From assembly GCA_951406725.2 (NCBI GenBank), contig OX597820.1, forward strand, positions 96,906,001 to 96,970,000: a stretch of DNA of 64,000 nucleotides, given 5' to 3'. This DNA is from Octopus vulgaris (taxonomy: Eukaryota). Below are positions 11,054 to 24,505 of the stretch, piece after piece. The notes under the pieces were generated by a model that was not told where the DNA came from, searched no databases, and saw only the letters and a list, made by a program, of their open reading frames with translations. Within the stretch, counting starts at the first letter, position 1. Every line of letters begins with the position of its first letter. Position numbers and translations under genes: made by a program.

Positions 11054-12443
11054 TTATCTACCAGGGAGCTGTCTATTCAGATAGCTGGTCCTCTACTGGA
11101 TCAAGATTTGACAGGCTCTCCTCCTCCCATTCATTCTCCACATTCAGCAGTCTTTCATAATGGCTTCTCCAAGCCTCTTTCTTTTCAGAATCATTAAAAG
11201 CAAGTGCACCATCATCCATGTGGACACATTTCTCTCCTGTGGCATCACAATTTTCTTTCACACAGGCTTGCAATCCAAAATACCTCAGTTCTTTGGTCCT
11301 CACATTGCTGGACATTGGCAAACTTCTTCTTTTTCACTTCACCCTTGGCTATGTATACCAGCTGCCCAGCCTCCCTTTTGGCTACATGGTACAGTTCCCT
11401 GCTACCCCCACCCTTCCAGGCTTTCCAGGCCTGCTTCTTTGCTCTAATGGCTTTGTCTACTGTATTATTCTACCACTACATAACTCTAGGTCTGGAAGGG
11501 ACTTTGCACCATTCGCAGACTTGGTCTGTGGCACTCAGCAAGCTGTCCCATAGGAATTTCCAGCTACCTTCTATGTCCGAAGACTGTAGTTTCTCCCTCT
11601 CATCAAATTTCTTGATGAGGATATCCCTAAGTCTCTGACCATGTGAAGGGTTTTTTAGCTTCCAAATCCTTTTTTGGGGATTGGTCTGCTTCTTGGTATC
11701 CTTCTGGCCTCGAGCCTAAAGTCACTAATGATTAGCCTATGCTGAGGGGTACATTCTTCACTTGGGAGGGTCTTTGTATTTAAGAGCAACCCTGCGTCCC
11801 ACTGTCTGGTGAGGATGAAATCAATCTGGCTAGCAGAGTCCCCTGATTGATAGGTTATCAGGTGGCTGTCTGGCTTCCTGAAGTTAGTGTTGCAGATTAA
11901 AAGGTTACATGCATCACAGAACTCCAGTAGCCTAGTTCCCTCATCATCCCAGGTGCCAATACCATGTCCCCTGTGTACCCCAGTGAAGATACCAGATTTC
12001 TGCCCAGCATGCCCATTAAAATCTCCAGCCACAAATATGAGGTCATTGCCACTCGTCTTTGAGGTGGCCTGAGAAGGTTATCATAAAAGTGGTCCTTTTG
12101 ATCATTTGGTATCCCTGCATGTGGGGCTTAGGCAGAGATAATTGTAGCTGTGCTGTTCTCCAGGACTAGCCTGAGCTTAAGCACTCTATTACATACCCTA
12201 ACAACCTCTATGACTTTATCCACCCATTTCTCCACAAGGAGTATGCCTACACCCCCTACACCATCCATGTTACCTTGCCAGAAGATATTATACCTATGTG
12301 CCTTGCCTCTGAGGACCCTAGCTGAAGCTCCTCTCCATCTTACCTCCTGTATGCAGCATACATCAACCCGTCTCCTTTCAAGCATCTCTACAATCTCACT
12401 AGACCTACCTTTCAGTGAACCAACGTTGACAGTGCCAACTCTG
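11054..12443 (-). mobile_element. RTE-clade LINE fragment: AP endonuclease and linker, frameshifted
   Basis: VGTVNVGSL, VDVCCIQEVRW, AGDFNGHAG, NTNFRK, SQIDFIL, QHRLIISDF and W..HYERLLN motifs. Confidence 0.95.
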
Positions 12444-12841
12444 AAAACTGGGAAGAGAATGTGGGATGAGGTTTTGGGAGGAGAGTAAAAGTATAATATT
12501 AAAACAAAATATCTTTTTCACACCTCTTAAAATCACTGAATATATTAATCCCAGATTACAGAATAGATTCAAATGGTATCAAGTGTTTTAGATATAAAAA
12601 AAATTCACTATCCCTTTGCAAGTTTTTCCGCCCAGAACCCTAATCAAGATTGAGAGAATCAGTTTTCTCTATGTATAAAGAATCGATTTAAAGTAACTAT
12701 ATCTTAAGTGTTATGTGAGGAAAGAAATATATTCTAATGGGAAAATATTGTATCTTTTAAAAACATCCTTAATTTACATACTATATCTTGTGAGTTTAAG
12801 AAAAAAAAGCATTTGTTTTCTCTTCCACGGTACTATGCATT

Positions 12842-12885
<44 letters not shown>

Positions 12886-12900
12886 AAATATGGTGCAGAG

Positions 12901-13631
12901 AAAAGTGACACAAAACTAAAAGCAAGCATTTACATTGGACCCGAGATCAGAGAATTGATGTCTGATAGCAAATTCAAGGGTAAACTAATCCTGTTGAATT
13001 AACGGCATGGGATTCATTTGTGTTAGTTGTACAGAACTTTCTTGGAAATCATAGAGCTGAAAACTATGCTGATTTGATAAACAACATGCTAACAACGTAT
13101 GAAAGAATGGGATGCATATGAAAGATGCATATGAAAGAATGGGTTCCTTAAAATGCACTTCTTACATTCTCATCTCGATTTTTTTCCAACGAATCTTGGT
13201 GCCATTAGTGATGAGCTTGGTGAGAGGAAATGAGGTATCAAAGCTAGTTCAGTCCACATATGAGGGGTGACTACTGCTGATTCCTACTATGTGAGACCAG
13301 TACAATGCATAAGCACAAGAGCAAGTGTCTCAAGCATTTCTGAGCTGAGCATTTCAAAAATAAAGTGAGTATTCCTTAACATAAATATACAATGTACCAT
13401 TATATTATAATACTATTTGCCTTGAGCATAAATATACTATATACAGTACTAATATACTATTATAATATTTATTTACTAATATAGTATTAATATAAAATTA
13501 TGCACATAACTCAAAATCCTGATGAGCTACAGCAATTCTAAGTTCAGATTTGGAATCAGTGTACTCAATTTAGTTTAGTACAGCACTATCTGTCTGGGTA
13601 GCAGATAATAATTCTCTTTTGTTGCCCAGTG
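12901..13631 (+). mobile_element. Chapaev3-like (CMC) DNA transposon 3' remnant
   Basis: KLKASIYIGPEIRELM..AWDSFVLVVQNFLGNHRAENY..KMHFLHSHLDFF..NLGAISDELGER..GDYC; ends ...gcccaGTG. The superfamily name rests on my recall of this motif set. Confidence 0.75.
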
Positions 13632-13699
13632 TAGTCACAAATGAGCCCAACCCTTAATAAACAACATACACATTTGCAAATATTGCAGACCAAGCTTAC

Positions 13700-13746
13700 T
13701 ACATTCACTACATTGGCAGTGCATTTTTGAGCAGCTTGCTTAAATC
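13700..13746 (-). CDS. Candidate coding exon 3 (G-FKQAAQKCTANVVNV)
   Basis: Acceptor ttttctattttttcacatag, donor gtaagc. 47 nt; the only open frame is phase 1 to phase 0, which links exons 2 and 4. Confidence 0.6.
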
Positions 13747-14639
13747 CTATGTGAAAAAATAGAAAAGCACTCCTAGCAGAAAACCAAGAGTACAATTTAA
13801 GGAGATTGTATAAGTCTTAAGCATATGAGAATTGGGAAGTCAACTGGATAAGCAATGCTTGTTATCCCCACTGATGGAAGAAACAAGTAATACATACACA
13901 CACACACACACACCATCATCATCACCATCACCATCATCATCATCATTTAATGTTCATTGTCCATGCTGGCATAGATCGGACGGTTTGACCAGGGCAGGCA
14001 AGCTGGAAGGCCGCACCAGACTCCAATCTGATTTGGCATGGTTTCTACAGCTGGATGCCCTTCCTAACGCCGACCACTCTGAGAGTGTAATGAGAGCTTC
14101 TATGTACCACCAGCTTGGGTGTCGTTTACATGCCACCAGTATCTGCCACAACTGTGATTTTATTTGGCTTGATGGGTCTTCTTCTCAAGCATGGCATAAT
14201 GCCAAAGGTCTCGGTCATTTGTCATTGCCTATGTCAGTTAAAACAGTAAAGGTTCCAGTTGGTCCAATCAATGGAACAGCTTGCTTGTGAGATTAAAGGG
14301 CAAGTGACACAGTCTGCTTGTGAGATTACTGTGCAAGTGGCTGAGCACTCCACAGACATGTGTACACTTAATGTAGTTCTCGGGAAGATTTACTATAACA
14401 CAAAATGGGACAAAGCTGGCCTCTTGAAATACAGGTACTACTCATTTTTGCCAGCTGAGTGGACCGGAGAAAACATGAAATAAAATGTCTTCCTCATGGA
14501 CACAACGAGGTGCCAGGAATCAAACTTATGACCTGACAATCATGAGCCAAATGCCCTAATCACTAAGCCATGCACCTTCACTAGATATGTATACATCCAC
14601 ACACACATATCTATGTCTGTATATCTATCTATCTATCTA

Positions 14640-14675
<36 letters not shown>

Positions 14676-14705
14676 CACACGTGTGCATGTGTGTGTATGT
14701 ATGTA

Positions 14706-14749
<44 letters not shown>

Positions 14750-14921
14750 GCATGTAAAAAGCACCCACTACACTCATGGAATGGTTGGCGTTAGGAAGGG
14801 CATCCAGCCGTAGAAACATTGCCAGATCAGACTGGACCTGGTGCAGCCTTCTGGCTTTCCAGACCCCAGTTGAACCATCCAACCCATGCTAGCATGGAAA
14901 GTGGACGCTAAACGATGATGA

Positions 14922-14969
<48 letters not shown>

Positions 14970-14973
<4 letters not shown>

Positions 14974-15680
14974 AATAAGCAACAATATCTTCGGTAATTT
15001 GGTACGATCGTTTCACGCTACATCATTTTATTAAACATTGTAAGTATTACAACAGTTTTAAAATGTTGAGCAATCATCAGCCATTAATAGAGGTTTTCCA
15101 TCAATACATATACTTATTTACATGTTAAATGATAACATTATAAAGAGGGTAGATATACAGACAGAGATGTTGATTTGAATGTTAAAAACATTAAGGTATT
15201 AGAATTTATCTGCTAGAAAGGTATTTAGAATTTGAACTGCTAGAAAGTGGGGAGGGATCTTCTGTTGAATGGAGACAAAAGAGATTTTCTATTTATAGAA
15301 GTAGGTAGGGGTGAAATAAATGTCAGAATTTATTCCTAAAGAAAATTAAAGAGGAAATATTGTCTTAGTGTTTACTCCTATTTGGCAATTAGATTTTGTA
15401 TCAAGAAAACTAGGTCAATGCTAAATGGTCACAATGACCAACCGTATGCTAAATAGTTATAGAAAATACAGAGATTCCTTTACGCTTATACAAACATATA
15501 CAATGCATCCACTTTAATCTATAAGATTATACTTGGCTATTTCAATAAGTTGGATTAAAAGAGAATTATAAATCTGATATTTATTAATTTTGGAGAAAAA
15601 ATTATATATGGATAACACCGTACAAAATTCTGGTCCATCTAATTTAAGTACCACATTCATTTGAATCTAAATTTTGCTGA

Positions 15681-15682
<2 letters not shown>
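14970..15682 (-). mobile_element. Non-coding Penelope-like/retrozyme-like insert between (TA)n arrays
   Basis: Bounded by (TA)n on both sides; carries the hammerhead motif near its 3' end; no ORF. Confidence 0.5.
14995..15086 (-). ncRNA. Type I hammerhead ribozyme-like motif with long stem II
   Basis: taatgg-CTGATGA-[tgct..catttta..ttgtaa tac ttacaa..taaaatg..agcg]-GAAA-cgatcg-TA-ccaaatta. Palindromic stem III ACGATCGT; predicted GUA cut between 15003 and 15002. Confidence 0.75.
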
Positions 15683-15741
<59 letters not shown>

Positions 15742-17519
15742 TGTATGTATGTATGTATGTATGTATGTATGTATGCATGTATGTATGTATACACACACAC
15801 ATGTATGGCAGGCTGCTATACAGTTTCTGTCCAGCAAATTCATTCAGAGAGCGTTGATTGGCTCAGGGCCGTAGTAAAAGATAATTGCCCAAGGTAATGC
15901 AGGACATGAAATGACATGCTTACAAAAGAAATTCTTAACTTCTTAAAACCCATGCCTTGATCAATGTTTACTATCAATAATTTCAAAATCAATTTGTAAT
16001 TGCCCAGCTGTTGTTCTATTGTTGATAGTTAATAATGTAATGGACAGAGACGTGCGTACATTGGGGTTATTAAATGTAGTGTTAAGATGTGATGGGTCAC
16101 TATATGTAGATAATTGAAAGCAGAATGAAATAGCACAATAACAACATTGAAGAGAAAAGAAATAATATTCACCAACTTATTTGCTGGTAGTGGTTAATAA
16201 AATATACATATATTTCTTTATTGCCCACGAGGAGCTAAACATAGAGGGGAAAAACAAGGACAGACAAAGGGATTAAGTCGATTATATCGACCCCAGTGCG
16301 TAACTGGTACTTAATTTATCGACCCCGAAAGGATGAAAGGCAAAGTCGACCTCGGCGGAATTTGAACTCAGAACGTAGCAACATAGCAGTAATTGATAAT
16401 AGTAATGTTGCATTGGTGGCTTACTGGTAGTTGATAGTGTGTAAGTTGTGCATTCTGCTGATGGAGAGGAAGAAAGAGTAAGGGTTACATTGCCCCTTTC
16501 CATTTGGTCGATGCTATTGCTCCTGGTTATCGACTGACAGGAATAGAGAATGCCTGGCATGCTAACATTTCTGCCAGCCCACTGCCTTGTTTCGATGATA
16601 TGATTGTAGGATAGGTGTGAGAGGCTAGATCTGGCTGATTTGAACAGAAATATTTGGGATAGATATGGCTGGTTCAAATGCCAAAGAGTTAAAGTACGTG
16701 CCCTTGGAATACTCAATAACTGGCATTAAATTTTAATGCGTATGTATATAGTTCCAATGTCTGAATAACTAGAGCATGACTAAATTGATGCTGATACAAA
16801 AATACATCATACATGTGTGCATGGGAGAGGAGGACACAGGGAGAGAGAGAGGGGGGAGAAATAGAGAGAAAGAGAGAGAGAGGGGGAGAGAAAGAGAGAG
16901 AAAGAGAGAGAGAGGGAAGAAGACAGAGAAAGGAAGAGAGAGACAGAGACAGAGAAGGAAGAAGACAGAGAAAGGGGGAAATAGAGAGTATGTGTGTTTG
17001 TGTGTGTATGTGTGTGCCTGTGTGTGAAGGTAGGTGTTTACTTGTTTTGGATGTTGGGATCGCAATCACAAGGTCGTGTGTTCAATTCTTGGACTGCATA
17101 TCCTTGAGTAAGGCCCTTCATTTTACTTTATTCTAGTCTACTCCGCTGAAATCAATACCAGCAAAACTGTTGATGCAGCCTCTCTCCTTTTGATACAGTT
17201 GTCTCGCTCTGGTTGCTCTTCTGGGTTGATAGTGTGACAGTTAAGAAGATATTTATGTCTCCTCATATACTTATTTATTTATTACCCACAAGGGGCTAAA
17301 CATAGAGTGGACAAACAAGGTCAGACATAGGTATTAAGTCGATTACATCGACCCCAGTGCGTAACTGGTACTTATTTAATCGACCCTGAAAGGATGAAAG
17401 GCAAAGTTGACCTCGGCGGAATTTGAACTCAGAACGCAACTGCAGACGAAATACGGCTACGCATTTCGCCCAGCGTGCTAACGATTCTGCCAGCTCGCTA
17501 CCTTATATACTCTTTACTC

Positions 17520-17722
17520 TTTACTCTTTTACTTGTTTCAGTCATTTGACTGCAGCCATGCTGGAGCACCGCCTTTAATCGAGCAACTCGACCCCGGGAC
17601 TTATTCTTTTGTAAGCCCAGTACTTATTCTATTGGTCTCTTTTGCTGAACCACTAAGTAACGGGGACATAAACACACCAGCAACGGTTGTCAAGCAATGC
17701 TAGGGGGACAAACACAGACACA

Positions 17723-17773
<51 letters not shown>

Positions 17774-18336
17774 TTTCCATTGATATTTGCATGTACATGA
17801 ACATCGAAACAAATATCAATGGAAATAGTAGTTGTGATACCTGTGCCGGTGGCACATAAAAAGCACCATCCGAACGTGGCCGATGCCAGCGCCGCCTTGG
17901 CTGGCTTCCGTGCCGGTGACACATTAAAAGCACCAACCGATCATGGCCGATGCCAGACCCCCCTGGCACCTGTGCAGATGGCACGTAAAAAGCACCCACT
18001 ACACTCGCGGAGTGGTTGGCGTTAGGAAGGGCATCCAGCTGTAGAAACACTGCCAGATCAGACTGGAGCCTGGTGCAGCCCCTGGCTTTCCAGACCCCGG
18101 TCGAACCGTCCAACCCGTGCTAGCACGGAAAACGGACGTTAAACGATGAGGATGATGATGATATACATATATACGACAGGCTTCTTTCAGTTTCCATCTA
18201 CCAAATCCACTCACAAGGCTTTGGTTGGCCCGAGGCTATAGTAGAAGACACTTGCCCAAGGTGCCACGCAGTGGGACTGAACCCGGACCATGTGGTTGGT
18301 AAACGAGCTATTTACCACACAGCCACTCCTGCGCCT
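17520..18336 (-). mobile_element. tRNA/CORE-like SINE (family A) interrupted by a family C element at ~17790-18160
   Basis: Reverse complement of 20331-20712, with an opposite-orientation insert in its internal microsatellite. Confidence 0.88.
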
Positions 18337-20330
18337 ATCTACATATGTATTCTAAAATAATTAATGAAAATATGTATATGTTATCAAGTTGTACTTTGTC
18401 ATCATAACCATCATTGTCATATGATTTTAATGTACACTTTTCTTTGCTTGCATGGGTCAGATGGAATTTTGTTGAGGCAGATTTTCTTTGACCAGATGCC
18501 CTTCCTCTCACCATCCCTCACCTGTTTCCAAAAGAAGGTAAAATTTCCCTATGACCAGACATGCTTTCGTAGAAGATTAGAAATGGAGGGCACTACTAGC
18601 ATGATGGTAACTTGTTTATGACTATCACTTGATATCAAGGCAAAGAGACAATAACACACACATACACACACTTGCATGCATGTACACACTCAGACATACA
18701 CACACATACACACATTTTGTCTTTTATCTTTTACTTTACTTTTTCACTCATTGGACCGTGGCCATGCTGGGGCACCACCTTGAAAGATTGTATTTGAATA
18801 AATCAACCCCAGTACATTTTTTTAATGCCTAAAAATTTCTCATTCCAAACCACTATGTTACATGGACATAAACAAACCAACATCATACTGTTCTATATTT
18901 TTGAGATGAGGAATTCTGTACATTATTTACATTATTGACATTGGATGGATATGTGTCCTCATCTTGATTGTTGTTAATAAGCCGAAACAGTGAATAAATC
19001 AGACGAAACGTGCTAAAAACAAATAAGATCATTATCATCATCATCATTGTTTAACGTCCGTTCTCCGTGCTAGCACAGGTTGGACGGTTCGACCGGGGTC
19101 TGGAAAGCCAGGGGCTGCACCAGGCTCCAGTCTGATCTGGCAGTGTTTCTACAGCTGGATGCCCTTCCTAACACCAACCACTCCATGAGTGTAGTGGGTG
19201 CTTTTTACGTGCCAGGGGAGTCTGGCAGCGGCCATGATCGGTTGGTGCTTTTTATGTGCCACCAGCACAGAAGCCAGTCAAGGTGGCGCTGGCATCGGCC
19301 ACGTTCGGATGGTGTTTTTTGCATGCCACCGGCACAGGTATCACAGCTACTATTTCCATTTGATATTTATTTCGATGTTCATGTACTTGACTCAATAGGT
19401 CTCCTAAGCACAGCGGGTTGTTCTGAAATCCAAGGTACTTTGAATGGGCTGGGGCTGAGGATATATATATCTGTCCAATGTAAATAATGCAAATAAAACC
19501 AACATCAGTTGTCAAGCAGTGGTGGAGGATAAACACAGACACACACACATAGATATATACTTGTGTGTGTGTGTGTGTTTATGATGGGCAACTCACAAGT
19601 CTTTGGTCAGCCCATGACTATAGTAGAAGACACTTGCCCAAGGTGCCATGCTGTGAGACTGATCCCAGAAGAAACATGTAGTTGGGGAGCAAGCTTCTTA
19701 ACAACAGCCAAGCTTATGTATGTATGTATGTATGTATGTATATATGTATGTATGTATGTATGCATGTATGTATGTATGTACGTATGTATGTGTGTATAAA
19801 TGTATGAATGTATGTATAAATGTATGAATGTATGTATGTATGTATGTATGAATGTATATACGTATGTATGTTTGTATGTATGTATGGAAAGATAGATAGA
19901 TAGATAGACAGATAGACAGATAGAAAGATAGGTAGATAGACAGATAGATTGATAGATAGATAAATAGATAGATAGATGGATAGACACACACACACATGCA
20001 AATACACACACTCACACACACACACAAGAATACACAGACTCACTCACACACACAAGAATACTCACACACTCACACACACACATACACACACACACAAACA
20101 CACACAAAAGAAAACACACACACACACGTGCGCACGACTTAGTGGTTTGGGTGTTGCACTCACGATAGCAAAACTGTGGCTTTCATTCCTGCACCAGGTC
20201 ATGTGTTTTGTTCTTGAGCAAAACGTTTCATTTCACATTACCCCAATCCATTCAAGTGATAAAAATCTGTAATCTTGTGATGGAGTACTGTCTCATCCAG
20301 GTATAAATATATATATTGTAACCATATATA

Positions 20331-20712
20331 GGCATAGGAGTGGCTGTGTGGTAAGTAGCTTGTTTACCAACCACATAGTTCCAGGTTCAGTTCCACTGCG
20401 TGGCACCTTGGGCAAGTGTCTTCTACTATAGCCTCGGACCGACCAAAGCCTTGTGAGTGGATTTGGTAGACAGAAACTGAAAGAAGCCCGTCATATATAT
20501 GTATATATATATGCATGTGTGTGTTTGTCCCCCTAGCATTGCTTGACAACCGATGCTGGTGTGTTTATGTCCCCGTTACTTAGCGGTTCGGCAAAAGAGA
20601 CTGATAGAATAAGTACTGGGCTTGCAAAAGAATAAGTCCCGAGGTCGAGTTGCTCGATTAAAGGCGGTGCTCCAGCATGGTTACAGTCAAAAGACTGAAA
20701 CAAGTAAAAAAA
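20331..20712 (+). mobile_element. tRNA/CORE-like SINE (family A, octopus OK/OR-type) with internal microsatellite
   Basis: TGGCTGTGTGG A box, GGTTCAGTTCC B box, caccttgggcaagtgtctt CORE-like segment, tail gactgaaacaagtaaaa. Other copies at 33710-34079(-), 39714-40130, 46380-46930(-) and 48350-48790(-), plus partials. Confidence 0.9.
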
Positions 20713-20716
20713 AGAA

Positions 20717-21243
20717 AATATAACAACATTTATCCTGACCAAACTACAACCCTACATCCTTTGAGAATGTTGTAACTAGGTCAGGGCCCCTTTTCATCTC
20801 ATACATATTTTTGCATAAATTTTAAGTCATCCACAAAGACGCAGTGTATAATTTTCGTATTTCTTTTACCTTGTGAACCAGTGAGACAACCTTTAGACTT
20901 CAGCCTTCCTTAACATGAATGACAAGGGGTTTACAGAAATTATTAACAACATCACAGAGAGGCTGTTTCCTTGGAATATGTCTTTGCAATATTGTAGTCT
21001 GTCAGTGATAATACAATCACTCTTTGTGTTTAATTTCAAGATGGTGGCCCAAAATGAATTCAGGTCAGCTATGGCTTTGGCTATTCTCACTGGAACTTTA
21101 GAAAGTTGAAGGGTTTCTAGCATCCATGAATGGGGAACAGAGTCAAAGGTTTTCTTGTAGTCTAGCCACATTGAAGCTAGGTTCCTCCTATGCTCTCGCA
21201 CCGCTGACATCACAGTATTGTTCATTAACTATTGCTCAGCACA
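20717..21243 (-). mobile_element. R4/Dong-like reverse transcriptase fragment
   Basis: CAEQ*LMNN..WLDYKKTFDSVPHSW..IFQGNSLS..VNPLS..HCVFVDDLKIY..FSKDVGL*FGQDKC. Confidence 0.92.
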
Positions 21244-21790
21244 TGTATGTATGTATGTATGTATGTATGTATGTATGTATGTATGTATGTATGTATGTAT
21301 GTATGTATGTATGCACATATGTACATATGTACGTATGTATGTATGTTTGTATGCATGTATGCATGTATGTATGTATGTATGTATGTATGTTTGTATGTAT
21401 ATATGTATGTATGTTTGTATGTATGTATGTATGTATGTATGTATGTATGTATGTATGTATGTATGTATGTATGTATGTATGTATGTATGTTTGTATGTAT
21501 GTATGTATGCACATATGTACATATGTACGTATGTATGTATGTTTGTATGCATGTATGCATGTATGCATGTATGTATGTATGTATGTTTGTATGTATATAT
21601 GTATGTATGTTTGTATGTATGTATGTATGTATGTATGTATGTATGCATGTATGTATGTATGTATGCATGTATGTATGTATGTATGTATGTATGCATGTAT
21701 GTATGTATGTATGTTTGTATGTATGTATGTATGTATGCATGTATGTTTGTATGTATGTATGTATATGTGCATGTATGAGTGTATGTATAT
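21241..21790. repeat. (ATGT)n array with ~196-bp higher-order duplication
   Basis: The variant block gcacatatgtacatatgtacgt recurs at ~21313 and ~21509. Confidence 0.9.
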
Positions 21791-22528
21791 ACATATTCAT
21801 CTGCAGCAAAAGGCTCTACAGACATCTTATCTGTGAAACAGATAAACCTGTATCTATAAAAGAGAATGGGAAAAATCACTGGACCTTCTAAAGATTTAAA
21901 GGATCATGGTTAAGAGATGTTTTCCTTTACAACCTTGCATATGGGATCTGAATACAATGGGTAAATGGAATTGTGAGATATCAGATACATATTTCTTTAC
22001 TGCCCACAAGGGGCTAAACATAGAGGGGACAAACAAGGACAGACAAAGGGATTAAGTCGATTACATCGACCCCAGTGCTTGACTGGTACTTTATTTATCG
22101 ACCTCGAAAGGATGAAAGGCAAAGTCGACCTCAGTGGAATTTGAACTCAGAACGTAATGGCAGACGAAATACGGCTACGCATTTCGCCCGGCGTGCTAAT
22201 GTTTCTGCCAGCTCACCGCCTTCATCAGATATCAGATATAGTTTGTGTGTGTATGCATGAATGCATCTACAATTTTAAGTCTGGTATGGTGTGGTGGTAG
22301 TTTTAGCTTATGGAAATGTTTTGGTTGATCTTTGGTTCCTATACTAGTGTATGTTTGTGTGTTTGTGTGTTTGTGTGTTTACTGATGGGAGATAAGAAGA
22401 GACCCATAAATCAATTGATAAATAAAAGAGTAAGAAATAAGAAGCTATTAAAAAGGTTATTATATTACAGTCCTTGGAGGCTAAGTATGGGCTGTCACTT
22501 TTGCAAGTACATGTGTGCATGCATGTGT

Positions 22529-22570
<42 letters not shown>

Positions 22571-22747
22571 CAGGCAACTTGTTGCATGAGAGCATGTCAA
22601 TCAATGTATGTACTTGTGTATGGGTGCGTGCTAAGAGTGTGGGGTATATAGGTTTGCTACTATGTTAACATATGCATGTACATGTGTGTGTTTGTTTTGT
22701 ATTGGTAAGGTAAATATGATTGAATTTGTGGTCAAGGTTGGTCCTGA

Positions 22748-23145
22748 TGTGTGTGTGTGTGTGTGTGTGTCTATGTTTGCATGTATGCGTGTGTATGTGT
22801 GCGTGTGTGTGTGTGCGTGTGTGTGCATGTGCATGTGTGCGTGTTCATGTGCATGTGTGCATGTGTGCGTGTGTGTGCGTGTGTGCGTGTGTGCGTGTGT
22901 GCATGTGCGTGTGTGCGTGTGTGCATGTGTGTGTGTGTGTGTGTGTGTGTCTATGTTTGCATGTATGAGTGTGTATGTGTGCGTGTGTGTGTGTGTGTCT
23001 ATGTTTGCATGTATGCGTGTGTATGTGTGCGTGTGTGTGTGCGTGTGTGTGTGCATGTGCATGTGTGCGTGTTCATGTGCATGTGTGCATGTGTGCGTGT
23101 GTGTGCGTGCGTGTGCGTGTGTGCATGTGCGTGTGTGCGTGTGTG

Positions 23146-23183
<38 letters not shown>

Positions 23184-23203
23184 TGTGTGTGCGTGTGTGT
23201 GTG
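22748..23203. repeat. Compound (GT/GC/AT) alternating purine-pyrimidine array with higher-order repeats
   Basis: ctatgtttgcatgtatg recurs at 22771, 22951 and 22999. Confidence 0.9.
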
Positions 23204-23612
23204 AGGCTCTGTTTTGTTAATATCTGTGAGTTTACTCAAGTTAGCTAGAGTTTATCAACATGTGCATACATGTGTATACATGTGAATATGGATCTGTGTG
23301 ATGTTATACAGGATGTTTGATTGATACAGGGACACATGTGTGTGGATGTGCATATGCATACAGTTTGTGCTTGTCTGTGTTTATATGTACATTGTGTACA
23401 TGTGTGCATGTGTTATTTTCATACAGAATCAGGTATGTATACCTTCGGGAATTTTGTGCATACATGTGTTTGGTTTGTGTTTAGTATATATATGTATGTG
23501 TTAATGAATGTATATGTATGTGCTCATGTTTATCCATGGATGTATATTCAAGACTTAGTGAGTGGGTACTGTACACAGAAATGCGTGTGTGTGTGTATGT
23601 GTGTGTGTGCAC

Positions 23613-23643
<31 letters not shown>

Positions 23644-23681
23644 TGTATGTATGTATGTATGTATGTATGTATGTATGTATG

Positions 23682-23713
<32 letters not shown>

Positions 23714-23923
23714 TGTATTTATGTATGTATGTATGTGTGTATGTATTTATGTATGTATGTATGTATGTATGTATTTATGTATGTATGTATGTACGTACGT
23801 ATGTATTATGTATGTATGTATGTATTTATGCATGTATGTATGTATTTATGTATGTATGTATGTATTTAAGCATGTATGTATGTATGTATGTATGTATTTA
23901 TGTATATGTGCATGTATGTATGT

Positions 23924-24428
23924 CATCATTCAGGTTCATTTCAAGAATTCTTGCCAATAGAAAAAGAGCCAGTTTCTAGTATAGATCCAAGGTTCCATCA
24001 TTGGAATTTCAGCAACATCAACAGAGTATTTTTGCACATATGTGTGCATATATGTGCAGATCTGTATGTTTTGTTTCATGTATGTTTTCTCATACATATA
24101 CTAGCATATCTAAACATGCACATTTAACGCATGCACATACTTAAATGATAAACTTCTGGAAAGTTTTACAAATTTTGACAGTCCCATTGCTGGCGTGACA
24201 CTGTAATCGTCTAATTAGCTTACTCCTTTCTGGTTTTGAGAAGCCTAATTTCTCAAACTTGGTATTTAGGCAGTGTGTTACATATCTCAGTGCCCAAATA
24301 ATTACAGGTATAAACCTGAACTTGTAATATAGTACCATAGCTGTAGAATTTTCAATAGTTCAGTGTAGGTATTTTCTTTTTCACTGATCTTTAGCCTTCT
24401 GTTAACATCTGCTGGGCAGCTGATTTTC
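23924..24428 (-). mobile_element. 5'-truncated R4/Dong-like element (RLE end and 3' UTR) between (ACAT)n arrays
   Basis: ISCPADVN..EKENTY.ELL and FIPVIIWALRYV..GTVKICKTFQKFII*; ATGT arrays abut both ends. Confidence 0.88.
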
Positions 24429-24474
24429 ATGTATGTACATACGTACATGTGTACATATGTATGTACGTACGTAC

Positions 24475-24505
<31 letters not shown>

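Noticed and set aside
21126-23979. Long ORFs of 130-236 aa (YVCM, HTHT, CVCV repeats) and similar IYIY ORFs elsewhere
   Set aside because: They are translations of stop-free microsatellites, open in several frames on both strands.
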